A stretch of DNA of 63,206 bases, counting the filler, from Octopus bimaculoides (lineage: Eukaryota): NCBI RefSeq assembly GCF_001194135.2. It is 5 parts of 5 records of this genome, joined end to end, with 100 filler letters (N's around TTAATTAATTAA, not from the genome) between each part and the next. Parts side by side here need not be neighbours in the genome. Positions count along the whole stretch, not along the records: positions 1 to 25,929 come from NC_068982.1; positions 26,030 to 54,644 come from NC_068981.1; 3 more parts are not named here. The stretch is one strand, 5' to 3'. This document shows, in pieces, positions 22,952 to 35,086 of the stretch. Every line of letters begins with the position of its first letter. Positions within the stretch are counted from its first letter, which is position 1. The notes under the pieces are model-generated. The model did not search any database. It saw only the letters and a list, made by a program, of their open reading frames with translations, and was not told where the DNA came from. The position numbers and the translations under genes were made by a program.

Positions 22952-23005
22952 CGATGCTTTTTTATTGAACTGAATTAAGCCTTGTAAGTGTTTCACTAAA
23001 CTTGC
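22952..23005 (-). CDS. Candidate internal exon (54 nt, phase 0 to 0): ASLVKHLQGLIQFNKKAS
   Basis: Acceptor acttacaaatttcccgatAG, donor TCG|GTAAGC, length a multiple of 3, open frame. Confidence 0.3.
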
Positions 23006-23523
23006 CTATCGGGAAATTTGTAAGTTCGATTTAGAAAAAATTTTTTTTTGTTTTAAGTATCACCAGTTCTAGAGAAATTAGGAAGTCAATTCGTAAATAA
23101 ACGAGACCTTCAAATCCATCACTGTACACACACACATGCGCATGCACACACACACAGTTGCATATCTATGTATGTATTTATGTATGTATGCATGTATGTA
23201 CCTACTCATGTTTATGCACATAGGTACACCATGATCTATATACATGCAGATGAGGGTTGATTCATATGAAAAAGGAAGTGAACAAAATGAAATACTTAGA
23301 GAAAATATCGCATAGAGTTTGAGAAATGTTTTGAATGTCTTTCAATTATGGCAGGTGAAGCAAACGTAGGATATATAAATATGATCATTTGCTTATCAAG
23401 AAATTGGTAAGTTCAATTTTAAATATCTCTTTTTATTTTTTAGGTATCACTAATATAGGTATTTATACTCCAGTGAAATTAAACAGTCAGCTCATAAATA
23501 AACAAAACTATCGAATCCATCAC

Positions 23524-23559
<36 letters not shown>

Positions 23560-23707
23560 CGCATATCTATGTATGTTTTTATGTAGGCTGGAAGATAATC
23601 TAACCAAATTTTCATGATTTCGAGCCACTCACTGAATGAGTATTTCTGCCAAATTTGGTGAAAACACACAAAGACGAGTGATTACAATACCCTGCTTTTG
23701 CTTATGC

Positions 23708-24300
23708 GAGGGAGACCCAGGAAGACATGGGATGAGGTGGTGAAGCACGACCTTTGAACGTTGAGCTTCACAGAGGCAATGACAAAAGACCGAGACCTCT
23801 GGAGGTATGCTGTGACTGAGAAGACCCAGCAAATAAAGTGAGTCCACAGCTGTAACCTACACCAGTGTCACATAACCGGCCCACTCAAAAGTACCTTGGA
23901 TCGTAGGGTGATATACTGTGCTTGAGGAGACCTATTGAGTCAAGTACATCAACATCAACATCAAAATCAAATCAAATGGAAATTGTAGTTGTGATACCCG
24001 TGCCAGTGGCATGTAAAAAGCACCATCCAAACATGGCCGATGCCAGTGCCGCTTTGAATGGCTTCCGTGCCAGTGGCACATAAAAAGCACCATCACTGCC
24101 AGTGCCTCTGGCCTGTACCAGTGGCACATAAAAAGCACCCACTACACTCTCGGAGTGGGTGACATTAGGAAGGGCATCCAGCTGTAGAAACACTGCCAGA
24201 TCAGACTGGGGCCTGGTGCAGCCTCCTGGTTTCCCAGACCTCAATCGAACAGTCCAACCCATGCCAGCATGGAAAAAGGACGTTAAACGATGATGATGAT
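23708..24300 (+). mobile_element. 5'-truncated RTE LINE 3' end
   Basis: GRPRKTWDEVVKHDL*TLSFTEAMTKDRDLWRYAVTEKTQQIK*, then 3'UTR modules and (gat)n tail. Confidence 0.85.
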
Positions 24301-24784
24301 ATATATATATATATATATACATACACACACATTCAATGGGTTTCTCTTTCAGTTATTGTGTACCATTCAAGGCTTTGGCCAGCCTGAGGCTATAGCAGAA
24401 GACACTTGCCCAAGATGCCACACAGTAGGACAGAACCCAGAACTATGTGGTTGGGAAGCAAAACATCTTACCACACACCCACACCTATATTCAAAATTAA
24501 TTGAAACAAAGGAAGCAGTGTTTCTCAACAAAAATATGCTTACAAAAGAGTTTATCATTTCCCCACTCCTCACCCACTGCTAACGGTCTGGAAGACCCTG
24601 TATCAGGTCATAAACACTACCTTCACCCTCTCTGAGCCATAGCAAAAACAAACAATAACAGATCAGGTGCTGTAAAAGTCAGATGTGGCCTTGGCCAATC
24701 TGGCTACAACCTATCTGAGATTTTATCAAGCTTCACTACCATCATTGCATTTAATTTGACAACAGATGGGAAATATATAACACA

Positions 24785-24849
<65 letters not shown>

Positions 24850-25833
24850 AAGAGCGAGATCCACCAGATGAAGAAGTTGGTAGTTTGGCAAAGAGGAATT
24901 AAGAAAATTATTGTACCTAATTCAAGAATTTACAGTATTTGAATAGTCTCCCAGTGCGGTATATCTTGGACTGTTTACAAGAGTTTTCTACAACGTTTAT
25001 AACGGGAATACACAGCAAAACAGCATTAAACATCAGCTGATAATTGTCCTAGATTATATATGTATGTATGCATATGTATACACACATGCATACATATATT
25101 ATAATGCATTCACACATATACGCATAGAAGCAAAAATATGTTGACGTATACTTGTACACATACACATACACACATATTAATAAAAGTTAATTTATAGAAG
25201 GGAAACCTTTATGAGACAATCAAAAAATTATAATTATAAAAAATATAGTTTGTTCTGTATCCATGAGCAAAACAAGCTAGATTCGTCAGAGTTGCTGCAA
25301 ATGTTCCTATGTGACAATGAAATAGTGAACAAATATGTTGATGAAGTGTTAAACATAGTAGCTAAGCTGGTAAGCAAGAGTTAGATCTCTGGGTCTGCCA
25401 TAATATCATCATCATCATTTAGTATCTGCTTTCCATGCTGGCATGGGTTGGACGGTATGATTGAGAGCTGGCAAGCCAGGAGGCTGCACCAGGCTCCAAT
25501 CTGATCTGGCAAGTCATCTACAGCTGGATGCCCTTCCTAACAACAACCACTCCAAGAGTGTAGTGGGTGCTTTTTACGTACCACTGGCACAGGAGCCTGT
25601 CAGGTGGCACTGGTATTGACCATGCTTGAATAGTGTTTTTTATGTGCTAGTGGCATGGGTGCCAGTCAGGCAACACTGGAATCAGTCACGCGCGATTGGT
25701 GCTTTTTACATGCCACCAGCACGGGAACCAGTCAGGTGGCACTGGCATCGACAATGCTTGATTGGTGATTTTTATGTGCCACCGGCAAAGGTGCCAGTCA
25801 GGCAGCACTGGCATCGGTCACACTTGAATGGTG

Positions 25834-25874
<41 letters not shown>

Positions 25875-26029
25875 TGTGTGTTTTGCATATATGTGTGTAT
25901 CCATGTGAGTGTATGTATTTATATATATANNNNNNNNNNNNNNNNNNNNNNNNNNNNNNNNNNNNNNNNNNNNTTAATTAATTAANNNNNNNNNNNNNNN
26001 NNNNNNNNNNNNNNNNNNNNNNNNNNNNN

Positions 26030-26274
26030 AATGTGATTGTTTCAGTTAGTGGAATAGTTTCATTTTTAAAGTGAAAGTATTTGACATGAGTGTTTTTGTT
26101 TCACTTTTGACACGTAATACTTAAATAGTGGAGGAGATATTATGTTGCCGTGTACTCGAACTCTGCAAGAAGTTAATTATTTTTTTTTACTAAAACACAA
26201 CTGGAACCCTAAGTAAGGCATGTGTAAAATTTGAATGAAATTGGTTGCGTAGTTCTCGAGTTTTAGGGATTCAC

Positions 26275-26321
<47 letters not shown>

Positions 26322-26358
26322 CACACAGACACACATTCTCATTTTTATATATATAGAT
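26030..26358 (+). mobile_element. 3' part of a Helitron/Helentron-like (HINE) element
   Basis: aaatttgaatgaaattggttgcgtagttctcgagttttag, (GACA)n microsatellite, terminal ttttatatatatagat. Confidence 0.65.
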
Positions 26359-27286
26359 AAACGTATGCATTTTCTGTGGTATAAATTATTAATGAAATAT
26401 TCAGATTCTCAGTAAAGCATTATAATAGAAAAGAAAAAGAATTTCAAGTTTATTTTTCTCCACCAACTTCAGCCAACCATGCCATTCCTACCAAAAAATA
26501 TCACATAACATGATAAAAAAAAATGCTGGTTAGTTTACAAAAGGATAGGTTAATTTAATGTGCCTGTTAAATGATTATTTAAAATTTTTTCTACACAGAG
26601 TTAAACTGAAAGAGAGCATTGGATTGCTACCTGCATGGGCTTGAGAAAACTTGGAGCATGACCAACCCCCAAGTTTCATTCCATGGGGAGGCTATCTATG
26701 TAGCTTCTGATATCAGATATAATGTTTTAGTTTACATGCTGAGATTTGTGTGAAACTATGATCGGTATTTATTTAATAGCTTTAGGTACTTTCAAACCAC
26801 AAACACATACATATATATTATATGACATACATACTAATACATGAATTTGCTGAGCTATAACAAAACAAGAAATGCAAAACAAACAAAAAAAAAATGTGTC
26901 TAACTAACCGAACAAGTTGGAAGGTTATTGACTTGTTAAATGTATGTAGTTACATAAGGAGCAAATTATGTTAGTTATTGGATTATGTTATTTCTTCAGC
27001 AAAAAAATTGTGTCTTAGTATATACATAAGTAAATGTAATAAAGGTAATCAACAAATGACAGTGAATCATTATCATCATTATCATTTTAATGTTCACTTT
27101 TCTATTCTTGCATGAGTTGGACAGAATTTGTTCAGGCAGATATTCTATGGCCAAATGCTCTTCCTAAAGCCAATCTTCACCAGTTTCTGAATAACGTAAT
27201 TTGAATGTATATCAATATTAATTTAAGGTTGTTTGTTGTATTGTTAATTGGTTTCTTCTTTCCTTAGTCTTTATTCTGAATGGTCC

Positions 27287-27319
<33 letters not shown>

Positions 27320-27320
27320 A

Positions 27321-27600
27321 ATACCAGGAAACCCCCAAATGGCTGAAGTTCAAAAGATAGTGCTCATGGGAACTGCCCATATCCTACGTAAAATACTGTC
27401 TATGTGATCTCAAATTTTAGAACAAACACATAATTTTCTTATGGTTTCTTAAACATTCTCTAGAACAACACTGTACAAATCCAAATATATGGTACCCTAG
27501 GCATAACACCTACATGAACTTCTAACTTGTTGTCTCTTGAGGTCTCTGGGTGAGACTTGGATCCAACTTGTACAAATGCAAAGCAAAAGTCAAACATAAA
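27321..27600 (+). mobile_element. R4/Dong-like retrotransposon extreme 3' end, in a (TAA)n tract
   Basis: IPGNPQMAEVQKIVLMGTAHILRKILSM* (TGA at 27405-27407), then a 3'UTR running into the gap; preceded directly by (TAA)n at 27287-27323. Confidence 0.7.
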
Positions 27601-28383
27601 NNNNNNNNNNNNNNNNNNNNNNNNNNNNNNNNNNNNNNNNNNNNNNNNNNNNNNNNNNNNNNNNNNNNNNNNNNNNNNNNNNNNNNNNNNNNNNNNNNNN
27701 NNNNNNNNNNNNNNNNNNNNNNNNNNNNNNNNNNNNNNNNNNNNNNNNNNNNNNNNNNNNNNNNNNNNNNNNNNNNNNNNNNNNNNNNNNNNNNNNNNNN
27801 NNNNNNNNNNNNNNNNNNNNNNNNNNNNNNNNNNNNNNNNNNNNNNNNNNNNNNNNNNNNNNNNNNNNNNNNNNNNNNNNNNNNNNNNNNNNNNNNNNNN
27901 NNNNNNNNNNNNNNNNNNNNNNNNNNNNNNNNNNNNNNNNNNNNNNNNNNNNNNNNNNNNNNNNNNNNNNNNNNNNNNNNNNNNNNNNNNNNNNNNNNNN
28001 NNNNNNNNNNNNNNNNNNNNNNNNNNNNNNNNNNNNNNNNNNNNNNNNNNNNNNNNNNNNNNNNNNNNNNNNNNNNNNNNNNNNNNNNNNNNNNNNNNNN
28101 NNNNNNNNNNNNNNNNNNNNNNNNNNNNNNNNNNNNNNNNNNNNNNNNNNNNNNNNNNNNNNNNNNNNNNNNNNNNNNNNNNNNNNNNNNNNNNNNNNNN
28201 NNNNNNNNNNNNNNNNNNNNNNNNNNNNNNNNNNNNNNNNNNNNNNNNNNNNNNNNNNNNNNNNNNNNNNNNNNNNNNNNNNNNNNNNNNNNNNNNNNNN
28301 NNNNNNNNNNNNNNNNNNNNNNNNNNNNNNNNNNNNNNNNNNNNNNNNNNNNNNNNNNNNNNNNNNNNNNNNNNNNNNNNNNN

Positions 28384-28654
28384 AGAATGTGTGCAGTACC
28401 CAGTAGTGCAATTTTCTGTATGTTATATATATTTGTAAGTCCTGGTGTTTTTGTTATGTATTTGTCTGAATATTTTTTTATTATACCTAAAATAGGAATT
28501 GTTTCTGTTTTTAGATTCCACATTCGAGTTATCTCTATTTCCAGGTCTTTGTATTTTGAAAGTTTTTCCATTTCTTTTAGAGAAACGTTGTCATCTGCTG
28601 GTATTGATACATCAGTTAGAAAGCATTTTTTTTCTTCATGATCTTTGACAACTA

Positions 28655-28655
<1 letters not shown>
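28384..28655 (-). mobile_element. R4/Dong-like retrotransposon restriction-like endonuclease C-terminus, in a (TAA)n tract
   Basis: IVVKDHEEKKCFLTDVSIPADDNVSLKEMEKLSKYKDLEIEITRMWNLKTETIPILGIIKK...IQKIALLGTAHI; the 5' junction abuts (TAA)n on the minus strand at 28656-28710. Confidence 0.8.
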
Positions 28656-28711
<56 letters not shown>

Positions 28712-29118
28712 ACAGTTAAAAAAATGCAGAATAGATATTGATTTCAATTCCATGAGACTGGTGTAAGTCGATCACCCCAAGTACACTACTAATAGTTATT
28801 TTATTGACCCTGAAAGAATGAAAGGTAACATTTGCACTCAGGAGCATTTGAACTCAGAATGTAAAAACAGATGAACTGCCACTAAGCATTTTGCCCAGTG
28901 TGCTAACAATTCTGCTAGCTTGCTACCTTAAATGCAGAATATATACTAACAACTGGAATACCTCTGTTCATAGGTCTGCTCAGTCAGGGTTGACCTAGGA
29001 TTAAACTATAACACAATGTGTGGTAAAATATGCTAAGTCTAATAGTCATTGTAATTCTAATTCCAAATTTAATTATATACATGGTCTGTATCTAGATCAA
29101 TTATATGCAAATACCACA

Positions 29119-29150
29119 CCTAACCCTAACCCTAGCCCTAACCCTAACCC
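29119..29150. repeat. Interstitial telomere-like (TAACCC)5
   Basis: cctaaccctaaccctagccctaaccctaaccc, with one variant unit. Confidence 0.85.
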
Positions 29151-29461
29151 TTCTCTGCCCTTAGGAAAATATGTAAAATATCCTTACTGCCTGCAGTTAA
29201 TGATTTATTTCATCTACCTCTTCTCACTGTTGATAATAATCTATGTCTTTATGCAAACACTTATTTTGTTTCCAGTACCTTAGGAATGAAATTATGTTGT
29301 TATGTGTTAAAACACATCCAAGTGGTTATTTCACATGAACACATGAAACCTACACAAATGCATGCACTTTACTAATTAATCACTAAATGACTGAGTTGAA
29401 CAAAATGCATACATACATAATATAATTACTGATTTTTTTTCTTAGCTTTTTTTCTTGTCAG

Positions 29462-29575
29462 TTGAGCAATTTCTAAATTTCTTAACCAAGAGAACAGCCA
29501 CACCCAACATTTCTAGACTTTCCACCATGTTTGGTGCGCGATGTGAAATTCCATGTGGACAGTGCCTTTGTGCAG
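29462..29575 (+). CDS. Candidate internal exon (114 nt, phase 1 to 1): EQFLNFLTKRTATPNISRLSTMFGARCEIPCGQCLCA
   Basis: Very strong acceptor ttttttttcttagctttttttcttgtcAG, donor CAG|GTATTT, length 38 codons, one open frame, GC above background. Product not recognised. Confidence 0.5.
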
Positions 29576-30146
29576 GTATTTAACAAGAAATAAAAGCTGA
29601 TATAATATGCATAAAACTGCATGCTTAGAAATAATAATCTTAAGACAACCTTAATAGGATTTGTGGAATGTAGGCTGAAGAATAAACAGTCAATGGACTA
29701 GTTTGAAAGAAAATTTTCAATCCAAGAGATGAAAGTTAAATATATATTGACTTATATGTAGAAAATTTAACTAGAAGATTCCCAGTCTAAAAGGTTTTAC
29801 TATAAAGGATAGCAACATTTCTTTCACTTAAGTTCGCAATCGTGAGAGACCACTGGTATTCAATGTAACTAAGAAGAGTAAGTTCCAGTACTAATGGAAA
29901 TTACTCTTCTTGTATTACAATGTAAAGAACTGATTATTTTATAGGCACTTATATTATTAATGATATTCCTTAGTAGATCGGCTGTGACATTGAGTGACAA
30001 GGCTGGTTCTTTGAATTACAAGTACAATCCATCTGGTGGACTTCTACACAGTATTCATCTTCTTTATTTCACTTCCTCAGCTAGAGTATAAGACACTTTC
30101 CTAGTATGCTGCATAATGGTGTAAAATCTGGGATTTAATGACTGCA

Positions 30147-30514
30147 CGTGGAGGCGCAATGGCCCAGTGGTTAGGGAAGCGGACTCGCGGTCATAAGATC
30201 ATGGTTTCGATTCCCAGACCGGGCGTTATGAGTGTTTATTGAGCGAAAACACCTAAAAACTCCACGAGGCTCCGGCAGGGGATGGTGACGAACCCTGCTG
30301 TACTCTTTCACCACAACTTTCTCTCACTCTTTCTTCTTGTTTCTGTTGTGCTTGTAATTCAAAGGGTCACACTGAATATCCCCGAGAACTACTTTAAGGG
30401 TACATGTGTCTGTGGAATGCTCAGCCACTTGCACGTTAATTTCACGAGCAGGCTGTTCCGTTGATCGGATCAACTGGAACCCTCGACATCGTAAGCGACG
30501 GAGTGCCAACACAC
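30147..30514 (+). mobile_element. tRNA-headed SINE, family C, tail variant 2, with 10-bp TSD
   Basis: TSD AATGACTGCA at 30137-30146 and 30515-30524; tail ...ggatcaactggaaccctcgacatcgtaagcgacggagtgccaacacac. Confidence 0.9.
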
Positions 30515-32051
30515 AATGACTGCATAGTAAATGTCTTAACTATTTGTCCATACCTGCATCCATTACACATAAGATTTTTTTTTGCTTTATGTGGATGAAA
30601 GATAATTATCTCCTGTGAGAGAGTACTAGTCAATTGCAGGTATCTTTCCTACAAAAACCAAGTTTGTTTTTTCCATGTCAATAAAATGGGTATGGAAAAT
30701 TGTCTTAGCAAGTGATAATTAAAGGCTCCTTGCTGTATAAGGACTCATGACATATGAGCCAGTAGTCTTGTGCATTATTTGATTGGAGATTTTGCGCCAT
30801 TAATAGTTTCATTTAAACATACAACATTCTGATAAGAGAAACAGATTCAATTATTAACTTTGATTATTCTCAAGCATAAATAATTATGTGCAGACGATTT
30901 GGTGTAGCGAACAGTAACCAAGTAACTATCAATTACAGATGTTAATGTAAATTAATGACAAGTTACATGCAGTGTGTTAAAGCAGCTAGCGACAAAAGTG
31001 AGATAAAAAGAAAATAAAGACTGAAATTTCATTGGTATAATTAATGTCCACTGGCAATGTTAAGAAACTCACAAATCACTGTTATTTCAAATGATAAACA
31101 CTCAGCAAGGAAAGTTTGTAATCTTAGTTTCATTCCTCAATTGCAGTTATTTCATTTCACATAGTCACCATGTATGCCATTGCGAATGGCATATACATGA
31201 AAAAAATTTTTTTTTTTCTTTTCCAAACTGCCATGCTTCATTCTACTATGAGAAGCAATTGTTGATGCTTTTTTTCAAGAGTAAGATTAGATGTTTACAG
31301 TGTGTAACCTCACATTTAGAGTTCATATTTCACCAGGAATCAACAATTCAGATATTCATTTTTTGTTTAACATAAGGCCATTTATTGAAGAAAGGAATGG
31401 AGTCGGTTGCATATATATATATATATAATGTATGTATCATCATCATCATCGTTTAACATCCGCTTTCCATGCTGGCATTGGTTGGACAGTTTGACTGAGG
31501 GCTGGCGAGCCAGAAGGCTGCGCCAGTCTCCAGTCTGATCTGGCAAAGTTTCTACAGCTGGATGCCCTTCCTAATGCCAACCACTCTAAGAGTGTAGTGG
31601 GTGCTTTTACATGCCACCGGAAAGAGGAACGGTCAGGCAGTACTGACATCAGACATCAGCCACGGTCAAATATGATGTGTATATATATATATATATATAN
31701 NNNNNNNNNNNNNNNNNNNNNNNNNNNNNNNNNNNNNNNNNNNNNNNNNNNNNNNNNNNNNNNNNNNNNNNNNNNNNNNNNNNNNNNNNNNNNNNNNNNN
31801 NNNNNNNNNNNNNNNNNNNNNNNNNNNNNNNNNNNNNNNNNNNNNNNNNNNNNNNNNNNNNNNNNNNNNNNNNNNNNNNNNNNNNNNNNNNNNNNNNNNN
31901 NNNNNNNNNNNNNNNNNNNNNNNNNNNNNNNNNNNNNNNNNNNNNNNNNNNNNNNNNNNNNNNNNNNNNNNNNNNNNNNNNNNNNNNNNNNNNNNNNNNN
32001 NNNNNNNNNNNNNNNNNNNNNNNNNNNNNNNNNNNNNNNNNNNNNNNNNNN

Positions 32052-32682
32052 ACACACACATATAAATTTGACACGGGCGATTTTTGTTGTCTTGGGATTC
32101 AGGGTCAAACAGATGGGTAGAATTGCGTGAAAAATTACACAGATGTGTAGAATGATCTGGTGGTGTTGCTGGGCTTTGTATTTTTTCATACCTCCCATGG
32201 TTACCGAGATAATCTACTATAATAATACTCTTGTGTTTATGAATGAGAACGGAAGGGGTGATAGATGAATAAGGAAAGAAGCGGTGATGTCATACTTGGT
32301 AGTGGGATGATAAAAATTGTATGCTGAAAAAATAAATCAAACAGAGTTTCACCTCTGTGTGAATATATGTGTGTATGTAAAGTGGGGTATGTGAATGTGT
32401 GCATGTGTGTGTGTGTGTGTGTGTGCATGTGCATGCGCAATAGAAGTGGGATGGTTCATCTTTGTTCGTTTAGTATTTGGGTTTATTATTTGATTTGGTT
32501 GAATCTTGATTGGTTTTTTATCTTTTTGTTGGTCAGTTATTTTTAGCGTTTTGACAGAAAAAAGTCATTCTAAAATTGTTTTTAATGTAAGTGTACCCAA
32601 AAAAGTCGAATGCTTACACAGAGCAGGTTTTACAGCCACATCATCCAAACTGACCGGATGAAACCGGGCTTAGCTGGTAGTA
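32052..32682 (-). mobile_element. Helitron/Helentron-like (HINE) element, 5' part
   Basis: Minus-strand start tactaccagctaagcccggtttcatccgg, the same type as 5737; internal (TG)n; the other end is lost in an N gap. Confidence 0.5.
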
Positions 32683-34028
32683 ATGTATGTATATATATAT
32701 GTATATGTATATATGTAAAATATGTATATATGTAGATGTATACTTATTATTTTTCTCTTTTAGTTAAGCCTGGTACTTATTCTATCAGTCTGTTATACCA
32801 ANNNNNNNNNNNNNNNNNNNNNNNNNNNNNNNNNNNNNNNNNNNNNNNNNNNNNNNNNNNNNNNNNNNNNNNNNNNNNNNNNNTATATATATATATATAT
32901 ATGTGTGTGTATATATATGTATGTATATATATATGTATATGTATATATGTAAAATATGTATATATGTAGATGTATACTTATTATTTTTCTCTTTTAGTTA
33001 AGCCTGGTACTTATTCTATCAGTCTGTTATACCAAACTACTAAGTTACACTGATGTAAACACACCAATACCAGTTGTCAGGCAGTGGTGGGGAACAAACA
33101 CAGACATAAAGACACACTGACGCAAAGACACACACAGATGTAAAGACACACACATACACACAAACACACACCCAAACACACCCAAACACACACCCAAACA
33201 CACACAAACACACACCCAAACACANNNNNNNNNNACACCCAAACACACACAAACACACACCCAAACACATACAAACACACACACACACAACAGGCTTCTT
33301 TCAGTTTCCATCTACCAAATCCACTCACCTGTCTTTGGTCAACCCAAGGCTATAGTAGAAGACACTTTCCGAAGGTGTCATGCAGTTGGACTGAATCCAT
33401 AACCATGTGGTTGGTAAGCAAGCTTCTTACTACACAGCCAGTCTGCAAGTGGAACAGTAAAAATATGCTAGACTTTACTCAAGTTCAAAATAGGACCCTC
33501 TTTTCATTAACTACTAGCTCAAATAGAAGAGAACATACATTCATATATACATCATCATCACCAGCCACTGGTATATTTATTTTATATATTTTTTTCCTCA
33601 AGGGGGATACGAAACTCGGGTTGTGAAGAATTGTTGGGGCAAGCGAAAGCGAAATCGTCATGGCACCTGTGCCCAGCACCGCCTTCCTGGCACTTGTGCC
33701 GGATGGCATGTGTAAAGACATTTGAGTGAGATCATTGCCAGTGCCGCCGAACTGGCTCCTGTGCAAGTGGCACGTAAATTACACCATTTTTAGCGTGGCC
33801 ATTGCCAGTACTGCCTGACTGGCCTTCGTGCCGGTGGCAGATAAAAGCACCCACTACACTCTCGGAGTGGTTGGCGTTAGGAAGGGCATCCAGCTGTAGA
33901 AACTCTGCTAGCATGGAAAGCGGACGTTAAACGATGATGATGATGAACACAGAAGAGATTTCAACAGAGAGCAGAAAGAACCTTACCAAAAACATTTTAT
34001 ATTCTCCCAATTACCCCCACCCCACCCC

Positions 34029-34106
34029 AAATGTTGCCTTGGGTCTAAGTTAGAAATCATAATTATTCAAAATTATGATTTCTAACTTAGACCCAAGGCA
34101 ACATTT
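34029..34106. repeat. Perfect 36-bp inverted repeat with a 6-nt spacer
   Basis: aaatgttgccttgggtctaagttagaaatcataatt-attcaa-aattatgatttctaacttagacccaaggcaacattt. Confidence 0.95.
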
Positions 34107-35045
34107 CCTTTTTTTAAATATAATGGTGGTAGAAGTCTTTTAATAATATTGATCCTTGCTCTTGATCAGTACTTAACGACTTGAAAGAAAAAATACCAGT
34201 CTCCACAGGAATTGAACTCAAACATGAAAGCAATTAATCTATTGCTATACTGATTGTGTCACTCCACCACCCTGATATATATACACAAGAATAAGAAGCA
34301 TATCTAACATAGATACAAGACCATAAATTTAGTGGGAGGGGTTAATTGATTAAATCATCCCCAGACATTGAACCTAAGTAGATTTATGCAATAGCACTGA
34401 CTCTGTACATTTTCCCAAATGTCATACCTACACTCAGCAAAGAAAGTAAATTTTTTAGCTCTTATTGACTGAAAAAATAAAATCATTTAAACTGATAAAC
34501 AAGAATTTTCTAAACCTTAATTTGTACAAACATGGTATAATGTGATTTGGACAAAACAGTCTTTCATAAACTCTTCTTGTTGTATTGAAACATAAAAACA
34601 TGAATTATATTCTGATTATACATTATGAAATGTCTCAGAAAATATATTCTAGCAATGCAAAATAATAACTGTTAATGAGTGATATAAGATCTATGGTACA
34701 AATGCCCACATAAATGCTTGTACATTGCAGCATTTTTATCATAATATACATGCACATTCTCTCTCTCTCTCTCTCTCCCTCTCTCTCCCCCTCTCTCTCT
34801 CTCTCACACACACACACACGCATGCACACACATTTAAACACACATGTGCACACACACATATGATAATGATGATGATGTATAAATGAATGTATGCTCTCTT
34901 CTCTTTTCAATTATTTGAGCTGATATCAAAAACAATGCCACATTTTGAACCTGGGTAAAGTCTTGCATACTTTTACTGTTCTACCTGCAGATTGTATTTG
35001 TAATGCGCATGTTTTCTGGTTGATTACTTTTTCTGAGAACCCTCA

Positions 35046-35086
<41 letters not shown>

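Noticed and set aside
25974-25985. TTAATTAATTAA islands inside N runs (also 54689-54700, 59317-59328, 60576-60587)
   Set aside because: Always centred between 44-N blocks (100 bp in total) and has stops in all six frames: an artificial scaffold spacer, not biology.
26599-26710. Strong acceptor followed by VKLKESIGLLPAWA*ENLEHDQPP (single in-frame TGA; selenocysteine considered)
   Set aside because: No good donor, no visible SECIS and no redox-motif context.
27522-28641. Long ORFs of 270-360 aa spanning N gaps (also 5912-6533, 31597-32198, 41164-42039)
   Set aside because: Length comes from N codons; only the short Dong-like part is real.
32700-33040. ~100-bp direct duplication across an N gap (similar at 35410-35742, 17850-17915, 4960-5080)
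   Set aside because: Identical sequence on both sides of a gap is the signature of unmerged contig overlaps.
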